Origin: an uncultured Clostridia bacterium
Lineage (GTDB): Bacteria; Bacillota; Clostridia; Christensenellales; UBA1242
Length of the DNA stretch: 64,000 nucleotides
Assembly: GCA_934757855.1 (NCBI GenBank)
Contig: CAKVLR010000002.1
Coordinates: 157,825 to 221,824, forward strand
Direction: 5' to 3'
The notes under the pieces are model-generated. The model worked only from the letters and a program-made list of their open reading frames with translations. It searched no databases and had not been told where the DNA came from. Positions 47,791 through 56,695 of the stretch are shown here, one piece after another. Position numbers and translations under genes: made by a program. The number at the start of each line of letters is the position of its first letter. Within the stretch, counting starts at the first letter, position 1.

Positions 47791-47911
47791 TTTCCTTTCC
47801 TCCTCTGCCAACAATGATAGACAAATAAAATTTATTTAAACATTATTTTTAAAAATTTTTTTAGTTTATTAAATTCTTTTCGTGTCTATAATATTTGCAA
47901 AGGTAGGGCTT

Positions 47912-48376
47912 ATGGCAAAATACATCTCTATATTATTTATAATGTGCGTAATATTATTTTGCACACCACAATATACGCTTGCAAATTTAGCGTGCGATTA
48001 TGACGGAACTTTTTATATTTATACATATCAATATTACACCTCATCTGATACCTTTACTATAAAAAACGGTAAAAGTAATATAATCAGTTGCGACTGCAAA
48101 AATAGCATAAAATTACTAAATAAATTAGATAAAAATAAAATCACCGGTATGAGCATACGCACAATAGGTAACTCGCAAACTGTTTCAAATTTAATCAAAA
48201 ACACCAAAACTACTATAAAATATAGTGAAAAAGTGCAAAATATTGCGTTTTTTTATGGTTTTTCACCACTTTTCAAAGATTACACAACATACGATAGTGA
48301 AAAAATTAATATACAAATATCCTTGAAAAATAATGAAATAAATATCGGCGTACCATTGATTTTAGGTAGCATATAA
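47912..48376 (+). CDS. hypothetical secreted protein
   Basis: Start moved to 47912. Signal-peptide-like MAKYISILFIMCVILFCTPQYTLA. A terminator follows at 48383-48418 (AGTTGC...GCAACT plus T-run). Confidence 0.5.
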   Translation: MAKYISILFIMCVILFCTPQYTLANLACDYDGTFYIYTYQYYTSSDTFTIKNGKSNIISCDCKNSIKLLNKLDKNKITGMSIRTIGNSQTVSNLIKNTKTTIKYSEKVQNIAFFYGFSPLFKDYTTYDSEKINIQISLKNNEINIGVPLILGSI

Positions 48377-48585
48377 AAATAAAAAAGTTGCAAGATTTGT
48401 TAGAAGCAACTTTTTATTTTTGATTTAATTCATTAATAATTATACACAAAATAAATATTTATACATATTTATGTTTTCACAAATTGTTTAAATTTCTTGT
48501 TAAAAAAGCATTAAATAATATCGAAAAAATACGCAAAAAATTAACTATTTATTTAACTAAATTTATATTTTTTATTATCAAATTA

Positions 48586-49248
48586 TTACAACTTTTTTAC
48601 ATCTTTTGAATCGTGGATTTGTTTAGGTCCAACCCAATTTGTAGAGCATTTTAGTTTGAGTGCTGGTTTACCAAAAGGAATACGGTCAAATACTTTGTTG
48701 TAGTGTGGCAATTTTTGCTCAATAATTTGCCAAGCCTCTTGCCCGCTACTTACTCCCCAAATTTTATCTTCAAAATCATAGCGTCGCGAGTTGTCCAACA
48801 CGGTGTTTGCAAGTTTCGCACTCCAACCTTCCACATTTTCGTATGCAATAATTAATCTACCAGTTTTCCAAGCGGCACTTACCTCATTTAGAGTACCACT
48901 ACCACCACCAAGTGCAATCACAACCTCACTATTCGCCACAATTATATCACGCGCCAAATCAATACCAGTTGGTATCAAAATATCAGCAAAGTCGTTTGCA
49001 GTTTCAAATCCATAAGAAGGTAACACCGCAATAGTGTCGCCTTCGCGGTATTTATCACTAGCGTGCGCGCCAGCGAACACGGCACGCATTACCCCTCTAC
49101 CGCCACCACTCAGCACTCTACAACCGTTATCAACCAAAGTTTTACCCAAATCAAATGCCAAGTCCCATTTTAACCTATCCTCTGTGTCACACTCTTTTTG
49201 CGAGCAAGCAGCGTTGCCCACTACCGAAACAATTAATCTTCTTTCCAT
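48586..49248 (-). CDS. TIGR00725/LOG-like (SLOG superfamily) Rossmann-fold nucleotide-binding protein
   Basis: Start moved to 49248. VVGNA......., SGGGRGVM and GGGSGTLNE motifs typical of the LOG/DprA-like fold. Confidence 0.7.
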   Translation of the reverse strand: MERRLIVSVVGNAACSQKECDTEDRLKWDLAFDLGKTLVDNGCRVLSGGGRGVMRAVFAGAHASDKYREGDTIAVLPSYGFETANDFADILIPTGIDLARDIIVANSEVVIALGGGSGTLNEVSAAWKTGRLIIAYENVEGWSAKLANTVLDNSRRYDFEDKIWGVSSGQEAWQIIEQKLPHYNKVFDRIPFGKPALKLKCSTNWVGPKQIHDSKDVKKL

Positions 49249-49375
49249 TTTTAGCATCTCCATTTTTAGTATTTACAAGTAATTTTATTTTATCAAAATT
49301 TTTGCATTTTGTATAGCAAATTACTTTAAATTAGCCAAATTTTCAAAATTTTTAGTTAAAATAAAACAAAAACCA

Positions 49376-49399
49376 GTACTATTCAAGGTACTATGCAAT
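49376..49399. repeat. two tandem 12-nt units GTACTATTCAAG / GTACTATGCAAT (second copy of the 2382-2417 element)
   Basis: Read directly. GGTACTATGCAATG at 49387-49400 is identical to 2405-2418. Confidence 0.8.
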
Positions 49400-49404
49400 G
49401 TTTT

Positions 49405-49437
49405 CAAACAAAAAAGCAAGGCCAACTGCCCTACTTT
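49405..49437 (-). terminator. rho-independent terminator after the 111-aa membrane protein gene
   Basis: Minus strand AAGTAGGGC-AGTT-GGCCTTGCTT pairing (two G.U pairs), followed by TTTTTGTTT. Confidence 0.5.
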
Positions 49438-49444
49438 TCAAAAC

Positions 49445-49780
49445 TTAAAAGCGCTCGTATTCTTTAATTTTTTGTTGCACTTCATTTTGCTTTTTATCTA
49501 AACTTTGCAAAACTTGCTTGCGCGCTTTTACTTGTTTTCCATATACCCCACCGCAAACCGCAATAGCGGAGAGCGCAGTTGCTCCTAGCAAAATATCATT
49601 TGTGATTACAAAAGCACACGATATTGCACAAGTAATCACAGTACCCACGCATAGCGCTTCAGTTGCGATAGGCTGTTCGGAAATCTCTTGTTTTTCTCTA
49701 TTTAATTTGAAATTTTCAAAATATAAATCGTTAATATGGTGAGTATCGTCCGAACTATGATGTCCAGAATCAGCGTCCAT
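49445..49780 (-). CDS. small membrane protein (2 TM) with a His/Asp-rich N-terminus, hypothetical
   Basis: GGAGA RBS. Immediately downstream of cysS. Confidence 0.5.
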   Translation of the reverse strand: MDADSGHHSSDDTHHINDLYFENFKLNREKQEISEQPIATEALCVGTVITCAISCAFVITNDILLGATALSAIAVCGGVYGKQVKARKQVLQSLDKKQNEVQQKIKEYERF

Positions 49781-49794
49781 AAAAAGTCATCTCC

Positions 49795-51240
49795 TTAATT
49801 TAATTTATAACTAGTTGTGCCGTCTTTATTATCCATAATTTCAGCACCTAAGTCAATAATTCTTTGTTTAATTTCATCGGCTTTCGCCCAATTTTTCTCC
49901 TTGCGGAATTGATTACGCTCAGCAATCAAAGCCTCAATTTCTTCCGCACGGTTGTCCTGTTTCTTCTCTTCGTAAAGTGAATCAAAACACTTAAAAATCT
50001 TGTCAATTTTGGTTAAAAATGACTCAATTTCTTGCTTATTTTGCTCGTTATATTCGTGATTTAACACCACTGGATTTGCTTCTTTGATAAAATCAAAGAG
50101 TGATGCAATCGCGTTTGGTGTATTGAGGTCATCATTCATTTCTTGCTCAAAATTTGCAATAAATTTGTCCAAATTTGCCTTTAATTCCTCATTGTAAGCA
50201 GTGCCAGCATTACGTTTTAAATTGTAAATAAAGTTGTCAATTCGCTCCAAGCCCGCCTCGCTAGATTTAATTACGCTAGCGCCAAATTTTACAGGGCTAC
50301 GGTAGTGACTGCTCGCAAAAAACCACCTCAAAGCACGCGTACCGAACTGCTCAACTGCATCTTCGATAGTCACAAAATTGCCTTTTGATTTGCTCATTTT
50401 TTGTCCATCTTCAGCCAAAAGCATACCTGAGTGAACCCAGTAATTTACAGGTTTATCACAACCCAAAGCCACACTTTGCGCGATTTCATTTTCGTGGTGA
50501 GGAAAAGCGAGTTCCCTACCGCCACCGTGAATATCAAAGGTACTGCCTAGATATTTTGTACTCATAATAGTACATTCAATGTGCCACCCTGGGTAACCTT
50601 GCCCCCAAGGACTGTTCCAGCGCAAAACCGAGTTGTCTTGAGCCTTTTTCCATACGGTAAAGTCGTAAGGGCTGTGCTTACCTTCTTTTACTTCAATCCT
50701 AGCGCCCGCATTTAACGCATCAAGTGTGTTTCCACTCAAAATACCGTAATTTTTGATTTTCGTCACATCAAGGAACACATCGCCGTTTAATTCGTAAGCG
50801 TAGCCTGTGTCAATCATTTTTTGTACGGCTTCAATGATTTCCACTATATGCCCAGTCGCACGCGGTGAAATATTTGGTCTAGCGCAACGCAACAAGTCCA
50901 AAAAGTGCCAAAGCGTGCAAATATTCATATCGATTAGTTCCATAGGGTGCATTTTCATTTCTTTGGCTTTGAGTTGAATTTTGTCCTCGCCTTGGTCAGC
51001 ATCACCCACAATACTACCAACATCGGTAATATTGCGCACATAAAACACGCGGTAGCCCAAATATTCAAGATACGATTTCAACACATCATACCCAACATAA
51101 GTGCGCGCGTGCCCCAAATGTGGTGGCATATACACAGTCACGCCACACACATACATCTTTACTTCCTCAGGGTCAATCGGCACAAAAAGTTGCTTATCGC
51201 GCGAAAGCGTGTTGTAAAGCATCAATTTATTTTCTATCAT
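49795..51240 (-). CDS. cysS: cysteine--tRNA ligase
   Basis: Start moved to the ATG at 51240 (AAGGA RBS). HLGHARTY (HIGH) and KMSKS motifs. Confidence 0.95.
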   Translation of the reverse strand: MIENKLMLYNTLSRDKQLFVPIDPEEVKMYVCGVTVYMPPHLGHARTYVGYDVLKSYLEYLGYRVFYVRNITDVGSIVGDADQGEDKIQLKAKEMKMHPMELIDMNICTLWHFLDLLRCARPNISPRATGHIVEIIEAVQKMIDTGYAYELNGDVFLDVTKIKNYGILSGNTLDALNAGARIEVKEGKHSPYDFTVWKKAQDNSVLRWNSPWGQGYPGWHIECTIMSTKYLGSTFDIHGGGRELAFPHHENEIAQSVALGCDKPVNYWVHSGMLLAEDGQKMSKSKGNFVTIEDAVEQFGTRALRWFFASSHYRSPVKFGASVIKSSEAGLERIDNFIYNLKRNAGTAYNEELKANLDKFIANFEQEMNDDLNTPNAIASLFDFIKEANPVVLNHEYNEQNKQEIESFLTKIDKIFKCFDSLYEEKKQDNRAEEIEALIAERNQFRKEKNWAKADEIKQRIIDLGAEIMDNKDGTTSYKLN

Positions 51241-51307
51241 TAACAAATTCCTTTTTAGTAATTATATTTATGATTTTTATTTCAAATTTGTATAAATTAG
51301 ATTTTAA

Positions 51308-52894
51308 TTAGTTTGTCATTTTTTCCAAATACTCATCGTAACTGCACATTCTGTCAATCAACTTGCCGTCTTTAATTTCAAATACGCGGTTTGCAACACT
51401 TTGCGCGAGTTCGTGGTCGTGAGTACTAAAAAGCATTGCGCCCTTAAAGTCAGTCATACCCTCATTTAGAGCGGTAATACTCTCCAAATCCAAGTGGTTG
51501 GTTGGCTGGTCCAAAATCAGCACATTCGCATTCATCACCATAAGGCGCGAAAGCATACAACGCACTTTTTCGCCACCAGAAAGCACTTTTACCTTTTTCA
51601 ACCCGTCATCGCCACTAAACAACATTCTACCCAAAAATCCGCGCAAGTATGTGCTATCTTTTTCCTTGCTGTATTGCGCAAGCCATTCTACAATATTAAA
51701 ATCATTATCAAAATAACTAGAAGTGTCTTTTGGCAAATCACCTTTTATTACGGTCGTTCCCCAAGAAACTTTGCCCGAATAATCGGTAATTTCTCCACCC
51801 AAAATACTTAGTAACGCGCTTACGGCGTTTTCATTATCACCCAACACAACTACTTTGTCATCACGATTTAAACGGAAAGAAATGTTATCTAAAAGAGTTT
51901 TGCCGTCGTGTACATAAGTAAGTCTATCCGCTTCCACAATGTCTTTACCCAACTCGCGCTCATATTTAAAGTTTACATAAGGATATTTGCGGTTTGAGGT
52001 TGGCATTTCTTCAATTTGAATTTTATCTAGCATCTTTTTACGGCTAGTCGCCTGCTTTGCGAGTGATTTTTTCGCACCAAAACGGCGGATAAATTCCTTC
52101 AATTCCTCAATTCGCTCTTCTTTTTTCTTGTTTTGTTGTTTAATTTGTTGTTGCATTAATTTACTAGATTCGTACCAAAAATCGTAGTTGCCCGGCCACA
52201 TATTAATTTTACCATAGTCAATATCAACAGTATAAGTACTAACAGTATTTAAAAAGTGGCGGTCGTGCGATACAACAATCACAGTTCCTGGATAATTTAT
52301 GATAAATTCTTCTAGCCATTCGATACTTTTGGGGTCCATATGGTTGGTAGGCTCATCTAGTAGCAAAATATCAGGAGTACCAAAAAGTGCTTGCGCAAGC
52401 ATTACTTTTACCTTAATCGCACCGTTTTGGTCCGCCATAAGCGCATAATGCAATTCTTCTGGCACGCCTAAGCCGTTTAATAACTTTCCAGCGTCCATTT
52501 CGGCGTCCCAGCCATTCATCTCGGCAAATTCCATTTCAAGAGCAGCCGCAAGATTACCATCATCTTCGGTAAAGTCCTCTTTGGCGTATAATGCATCTTT
52601 TTCTTTCATAATTTGATACAAACGCTTGTTACCCATAATGACAGTGTCCATAATACTATACTCATCAAAAGCAAAGTGGTCTTGTCGCAAAACAGACATT
52701 CTAAGTTTAGGCGGAATATCAATACTACCTTTACTGGCTTCGAGTTCGCCACTCAAAAGTTTTAAAAAAGTAGATTTTCCTGCACCATTCGCTCCTATTA
52801 CACCATAACAGTTACCTGGTGTGAATTTGAGATTTACATCTTTAAATAACGGCGCTCCGCCAAAAGACAATTCCATATCAGTAACGGTAATCAT
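51308..52894 (-). CDS. ABC-F family ATPase (no TM domain) with one degenerate nucleotide site
   Basis: NBD1 has GANGAGKST and LLLDEPTNH, but its signature position reads QNGAIK. A Lys-rich inter-domain linker follows. NBD2 has GDNENAVSA in place of Walker A, LSGGEK as signature, and LILDQPTNH as Walker B. Confidence 0.9.
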   Translation of the reverse strand: MITVTDMELSFGGAPLFKDVNLKFTPGNCYGVIGANGAGKSTFLKLLSGELEASKGSIDIPPKLRMSVLRQDHFAFDEYSIMDTVIMGNKRLYQIMKEKDALYAKEDFTEDDGNLAAALEMEFAEMNGWDAEMDAGKLLNGLGVPEELHYALMADQNGAIKVKVMLAQALFGTPDILLLDEPTNHMDPKSIEWLEEFIINYPGTVIVVSHDRHFLNTVSTYTVDIDYGKINMWPGNYDFWYESSKLMQQQIKQQNKKKEERIEELKEFIRRFGAKKSLAKQATSRKKMLDKIQIEEMPTSNRKYPYVNFKYERELGKDIVEADRLTYVHDGKTLLDNISFRLNRDDKVVVLGDNENAVSALLSILGGEITDYSGKVSWGTTVIKGDLPKDTSSYFDNDFNIVEWLAQYSKEKDSTYLRGFLGRMLFSGDDGLKKVKVLSGGEKVRCMLSRLMVMNANVLILDQPTNHLDLESITALNEGMTDFKGAMLFSTHDHELAQSVANRVFEIKDGKLIDRMCSYDEYLEKMTN

Positions 52895-53031
52895 AGGGAC
52901 TCCTTTAAATTCAATTTTTAATTTTTGTAGTAAAATTTTTATTTTTTCGATATTTTTTAATGATTTTTTAGGTATTTTTTATCGCTATTTATTTTTCTTT
53001 TAAATGCATTAAAAATATATAAAAATCATTA

Positions 53032-54786
53032 TTATTTATCTTTTTTAATATCAACTTTTATGCTTAATTCTTCAAGTTGTTTTGCACTTACTTCGCTAGG
53101 AGCGTTCATAAGTGGGTCGTAAGCGGATTTGTTGAGCGGGAACGCAATTACTTCGCGCACATTTGGCTCATCAAGCATAAGCATAATAGAACGGTCGATA
53201 CCCAAAGCCATACCAGCGTGTGGTGGCGCACCATATTGGAACGCATTGTATAAAGCGCCAAAACGGTCTTTGCAGTGTTCCTCGGTCAAGCCCACAATTT
53301 CCATAAGTTTAAGCATTGTCTTTGCATCGTGGTTACGCTCAGCACCACTAAGCAACTCGATACCGTTACATACAAGGTCAAATTGATTTGCGTAAAGGTC
53401 GAGCGCGTTTTCTTTTGTCAAGTCATCACAAGGCTTGTTTGGCTTATTAAATGGGTTGTGGCAGAATTGCAAGTTGCCTTCCTCATCGAGTTCGTACATA
53501 GGGAAATCGGTAATCCAACAGAAAGCAAATTTATTAGGGTCACAAAGACCTAACTCTTCACCCAACAAGTTACGCAAAATACCGCTTAATTTTGTAGCAG
53601 TCTTTGGCTTGTTTGCAATCAAGAAAATACTTGTACCCTCTTTTGCACCTAGCAAAGACGAAAGAGCAAGTTTTTCCTCATCAGTCAAGAATTTTGCGAT
53701 AGGGCTGTTAAATTCACCGTTCGTTTCTACCTTTATCCAAGCCAAACCTTTACTACCAGCCTCAACCATTTTTTCAGTTAAGTTGTCATAAAAACTACGA
53801 GGCTTGCCTGCAATATCGTGAACAGCGATTGCCTTTACCGTGCTACCCTTAAACGCGTTGAAACCTGTGTTTTCAAAAACGCTGGTAACATTTACAATTT
53901 CGAGTGGGTTACGCAAATCTGGCTTATCTGTACCGTATTTTTCCATACTTTCGTTAAATGGAATACGCTTAAATGGCGCAGGCGATACTTCTTTTTTACC
54001 AAAAGTCTTAAATAAGTCGTAAAAGACCTTTTCACCCAACTCAAACATATCTTCTTGTGTAGCAAAACTCATTTCCATATCAAGTTGGTAAAATTCACCC
54101 GCTGCACGGTCAGCACGCGCGTCCTCATCTCTAAAACAAGGCGCAATTTGGAAATAACGGTCAAAACCTCCCACCATTAGCAACTGTTTGAACATTTGCG
54201 GTGCTTGTGGAAGCGCGTAAAATTTACCTGGATGTTGTCTTGCTGGTACCAAAAAGGCACGCGCGCCCTCCGGACTATCAGCAGTCAAAATAGGCGTTGC
54301 AATTTCTACAAAACCAAGACTTTCCATATAGTTACGCAAGTAAGAATTTACCTTACTACGAAACAAAATATTGCCGTAAACCTCAGGGTTACGCAAGTCT
54401 AAGAAACGATATTTTGTGCGCACATCTTCGCGGATTTTTTTACTTTCATCTACTTCAAAAGGCAATGGCTGAGTTACCGCGCCCAAAAGTTGCAATTTGT
54501 AAGTAACGATTTCGATTTCACCAGTGTGAAGTTTTGGATTGATGTTGTTTTCTCCACGAGAAGTTACCTTACCCTCTACCGCGATAACGCTTTCGCGTGT
54601 AACGCGTGAAAGAATACTATCATCTTCTACAACAACTTGCACAATGCCTGTTTGGTCACGCAAGTCAATAAATGTGATACCGCCGTGGTCGCGAATTGTT
54701 GCTACCCAACCGCAAACGCGGACAGTTTGTCCCTCCATACTCTTGTCCACATTGTTACAGTAAGTGGAACGATAAGTTGTCTGCAT
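53032..54786 (-). CDS. aspS: aspartate--tRNA ligase
   Basis: 584 aa. OB-fold N-domain and class II motifs FRDEDARADR and GMALGIDR. Confidence 0.95.
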   Translation of the reverse strand: MQTTYRSTYCNNVDKSMEGQTVRVCGWVATIRDHGGITFIDLRDQTGIVQVVVEDDSILSRVTRESVIAVEGKVTSRGENNINPKLHTGEIEIVTYKLQLLGAVTQPLPFEVDESKKIREDVRTKYRFLDLRNPEVYGNILFRSKVNSYLRNYMESLGFVEIATPILTADSPEGARAFLVPARQHPGKFYALPQAPQMFKQLLMVGGFDRYFQIAPCFRDEDARADRAAGEFYQLDMEMSFATQEDMFELGEKVFYDLFKTFGKKEVSPAPFKRIPFNESMEKYGTDKPDLRNPLEIVNVTSVFENTGFNAFKGSTVKAIAVHDIAGKPRSFYDNLTEKMVEAGSKGLAWIKVETNGEFNSPIAKFLTDEEKLALSSLLGAKEGTSIFLIANKPKTATKLSGILRNLLGEELGLCDPNKFAFCWITDFPMYELDEEGNLQFCHNPFNKPNKPCDDLTKENALDLYANQFDLVCNGIELLSGAERNHDAKTMLKLMEIVGLTEEHCKDRFGALYNAFQYGAPPHAGMALGIDRSIMLMLDEPNVREVIAFPLNKSAYDPLMNAPSEVSAKQLEELSIKVDIKKDK

Positions 54787-54822
54787 AGTTAATTTTCTCC
54801 TAATAATACAAGTTTACCTATA

Positions 54823-54851
54823 ATTATATACCAAATTAAAGGAAATTTCAA
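54823..54851 (-). promoter_or_regulatory. sigma-A-type promoter of aspS
   Basis: Minus strand TTGAAA (54851-54846), 17 nt, TATAAT (54828-54823), about 35 nt upstream of the ATG. Confidence 0.55.
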
Positions 54852-54875
54852 GTATTTATCAAAAGTAATATAGGC

Positions 54876-54910
54876 ACAAAAAACAAAAACTTAGGCATTT
54901 ACCTAAGTTT
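54876..54910 (-). terminator. rho-independent terminator after the MFS gene
   Basis: AACTTAGG / CCTAAGTT stem with a 6-nt loop, then TTTTTGTTTTTT on the minus strand. Confidence 0.7.
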
Positions 54911-54919
54911 TGTGTTAAA

Positions 54920-56347
54920 TTATTGATTTTCTTGCTTAATTTTCGGCTCATTTTCTTGCAAACTATTTGCGTTTTGCTCTTTTTCTGTTTCAATATTTGC
55001 ATTTAAGTCGTTTTCTTGCTCAATTTGAGTAGTAACGGTTGTTGATTTTGCAGGTTGTTTGTAGAATAAGAACACAATCAGCGCAATTACCGCAAAAATC
55101 GTTGCATATGGGAAAAGCCATTGAAAACCTAACGCTTTAAAGAAGAAACCAACACAAATAGGTGTCAAACTTTGCGCAAGCATACTAGCGGAATAATACC
55201 AACCAGTTAGTTTGCCAACGGTCTTTTTGCTAGCCATTTCTACTACCATTGGATAACTATTTACATTCACCCACGCCCAGCCGATACCAGCGATTGCAAT
55301 CAAGATATACAGCACCCACGGAATAGACACAAAGCACGCTACAAGTAGCGAAATAATCATAAGCCCAAGTCCTAGCAAAACGGTATTTCTTCTGCCTAAT
55401 TTACCCGCGATATAGCCACCTGGGAGAAAACTGATTAGACTACACACGGTCATAATGATTACCGCAGTACCCCACCAGCCAGTGCCTTGTCCTAGATAAC
55501 TCGTACCAAAGAGCGAACCAAATGTTTCGATTGCGTTAAACGCAAAAAACCACAAGAAAATTGATAAAAGCAACACGATTAAATTGCGTTTGTCCAGTTT
55601 GCTCAATGGCTTGTCCTCTGCGATTTGTTCGGTCGTTTCGCTTTGGCGCTCGCCTTCAGCCATTTCACTTTCGAGTTCTTTGGCGAGTTTGTTTTCTTTT
55701 ATTTTTAATAGCAAAATTACTAGCGCTACGAGCATTAATACAGCGGTCGCAACAAACGGTATCCAAATTGTGCTTGCATTGTAGGTAAGTAGCCCTGTAA
55801 CCTCATCTTGCTTTGCTGGGAAGAAAATTGCTAGCGCGCCCGCAAAAATCGCACCAAGGTAACCTACAAAGTTAATTATCGCGTTTGCCTTGCTTCGTAG
55901 AGGTTTTGGCGTAATATCTGGCATAAGCGCAACTGCTGGCGAACGATATACATTCATAGCGAGCAAAATTAAACCCATAACTACAATCATCCAAATAAAT
56001 TTGTTGTAGATAAACAAAATAGGGATTAGTGGGAACAATACAACAGCACAGCTTACACCACTAATGATAAACGGCATACGCTTGCCTAATTTTGCGTTTG
56101 TCTTGTCACTTAATTTCCCAAAAAGCGGAAGCATAACCAACGCTAAGACATTGTCCATAGCCATAATTATACCCACCAAATACGAGTGGTCGGCAACCGT
56201 TCCGCCAAATTGCCTAACGAAAAAATCACTCAAAAATAACGGACAATAAGTATTGTAAATTTGCCACAACATCAAAATCGTGAAAAATGCAAGCCCTATA
56301 TAAAATGTACGCTTGTAATTGAGTTTTAACTTGTTTTCTTTCTCCAT
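54920..56347 (-). CDS. MFS transporter (GPH/sugar-cation-symporter-like) with an extended central loop and C-terminal tail
   Basis: 12 predicted TM helices. A charged loop lies between TM6 and TM7. Asn/Glu/Gln-rich tail. Confidence 0.8.
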   Translation of the reverse strand: MEKENKLKLNYKRTFYIGLAFFTILMLWQIYNTYCPLFLSDFFVRQFGGTVADHSYLVGIIMAMDNVLALVMLPLFGKLSDKTNAKLGKRMPFIISGVSCAVVLFPLIPILFIYNKFIWMIVVMGLILLAMNVYRSPAVALMPDITPKPLRSKANAIINFVGYLGAIFAGALAIFFPAKQDEVTGLLTYNASTIWIPFVATAVLMLVALVILLLKIKENKLAKELESEMAEGERQSETTEQIAEDKPLSKLDKRNLIVLLLSIFLWFFAFNAIETFGSLFGTSYLGQGTGWWGTAVIIMTVCSLISFLPGGYIAGKLGRRNTVLLGLGLMIISLLVACFVSIPWVLYILIAIAGIGWAWVNVNSYPMVVEMASKKTVGKLTGWYYSASMLAQSLTPICVGFFFKALGFQWLFPYATIFAVIALIVFLFYKQPAKSTTVTTQIEQENDLNANIETEKEQNANSLQENEPKIKQENQ

Positions 56348-56522
56348 TTTTTACTTCCCCGTTTTTATTCTGCCCCAAAAATCTATATTTAATTATATAA
56401 AATAACCTTTAATTTAGCAAGCAATTTCCCCCGCTTTTGCAAAATTTAAAAAACTAATTATACACTGATTACGATTAAAGTAAAGGTTTTTAGTTGACAA
56501 AATAGTTAAATTTTGTGTTTTG

Positions 56523-56584
56523 GTCAAGTATAACATATCAAAATTGTTATTTTTGATACTTTTGTCAAGTATAGCATATCAAAA
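56523..56584. repeat. two 21-nt direct repeats GTCAAGTATA(A/G)CATATCAAAA, 41 bp apart, enclosing an 8-bp inverted repeat
   Basis: Copies at 56523-56543 and 56564-56584 match at 20 of 21 positions. TATCAAAA-TTGTTAT-TTTTGATA lies at 56536-56558. Confidence 0.75.
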
Positions 56585-56612
56585 AAAGGCACGCTATTCT
56601 TGCGCACCTTTT
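56579..56612 (-). terminator. rho-independent terminator of the giant gene
   Basis: Minus strand AAGGTGCGC-AAGAATA-GCGTGCCTT (two G.U pairs), followed by TTTTTTT. Confidence 0.65.
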
Positions 56613-56695
56613 TCGCTAATCTATTTCGAGTTTTTTAATAATTTTTTTGCAAAAAGCAAATTTAATTAAAGTTGATTTAAAGTTTTTTGTATCAT

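Noticed and set aside
54787-54919. T-box leader upstream of aspS (and of cysS at 51241-51307)
   Set aside because: The spacers are only about 130 and 67 nt and are filled by a terminator plus promoter. There is no room for a 200-300-nt T-box, and I saw no T-box consensus sequence.
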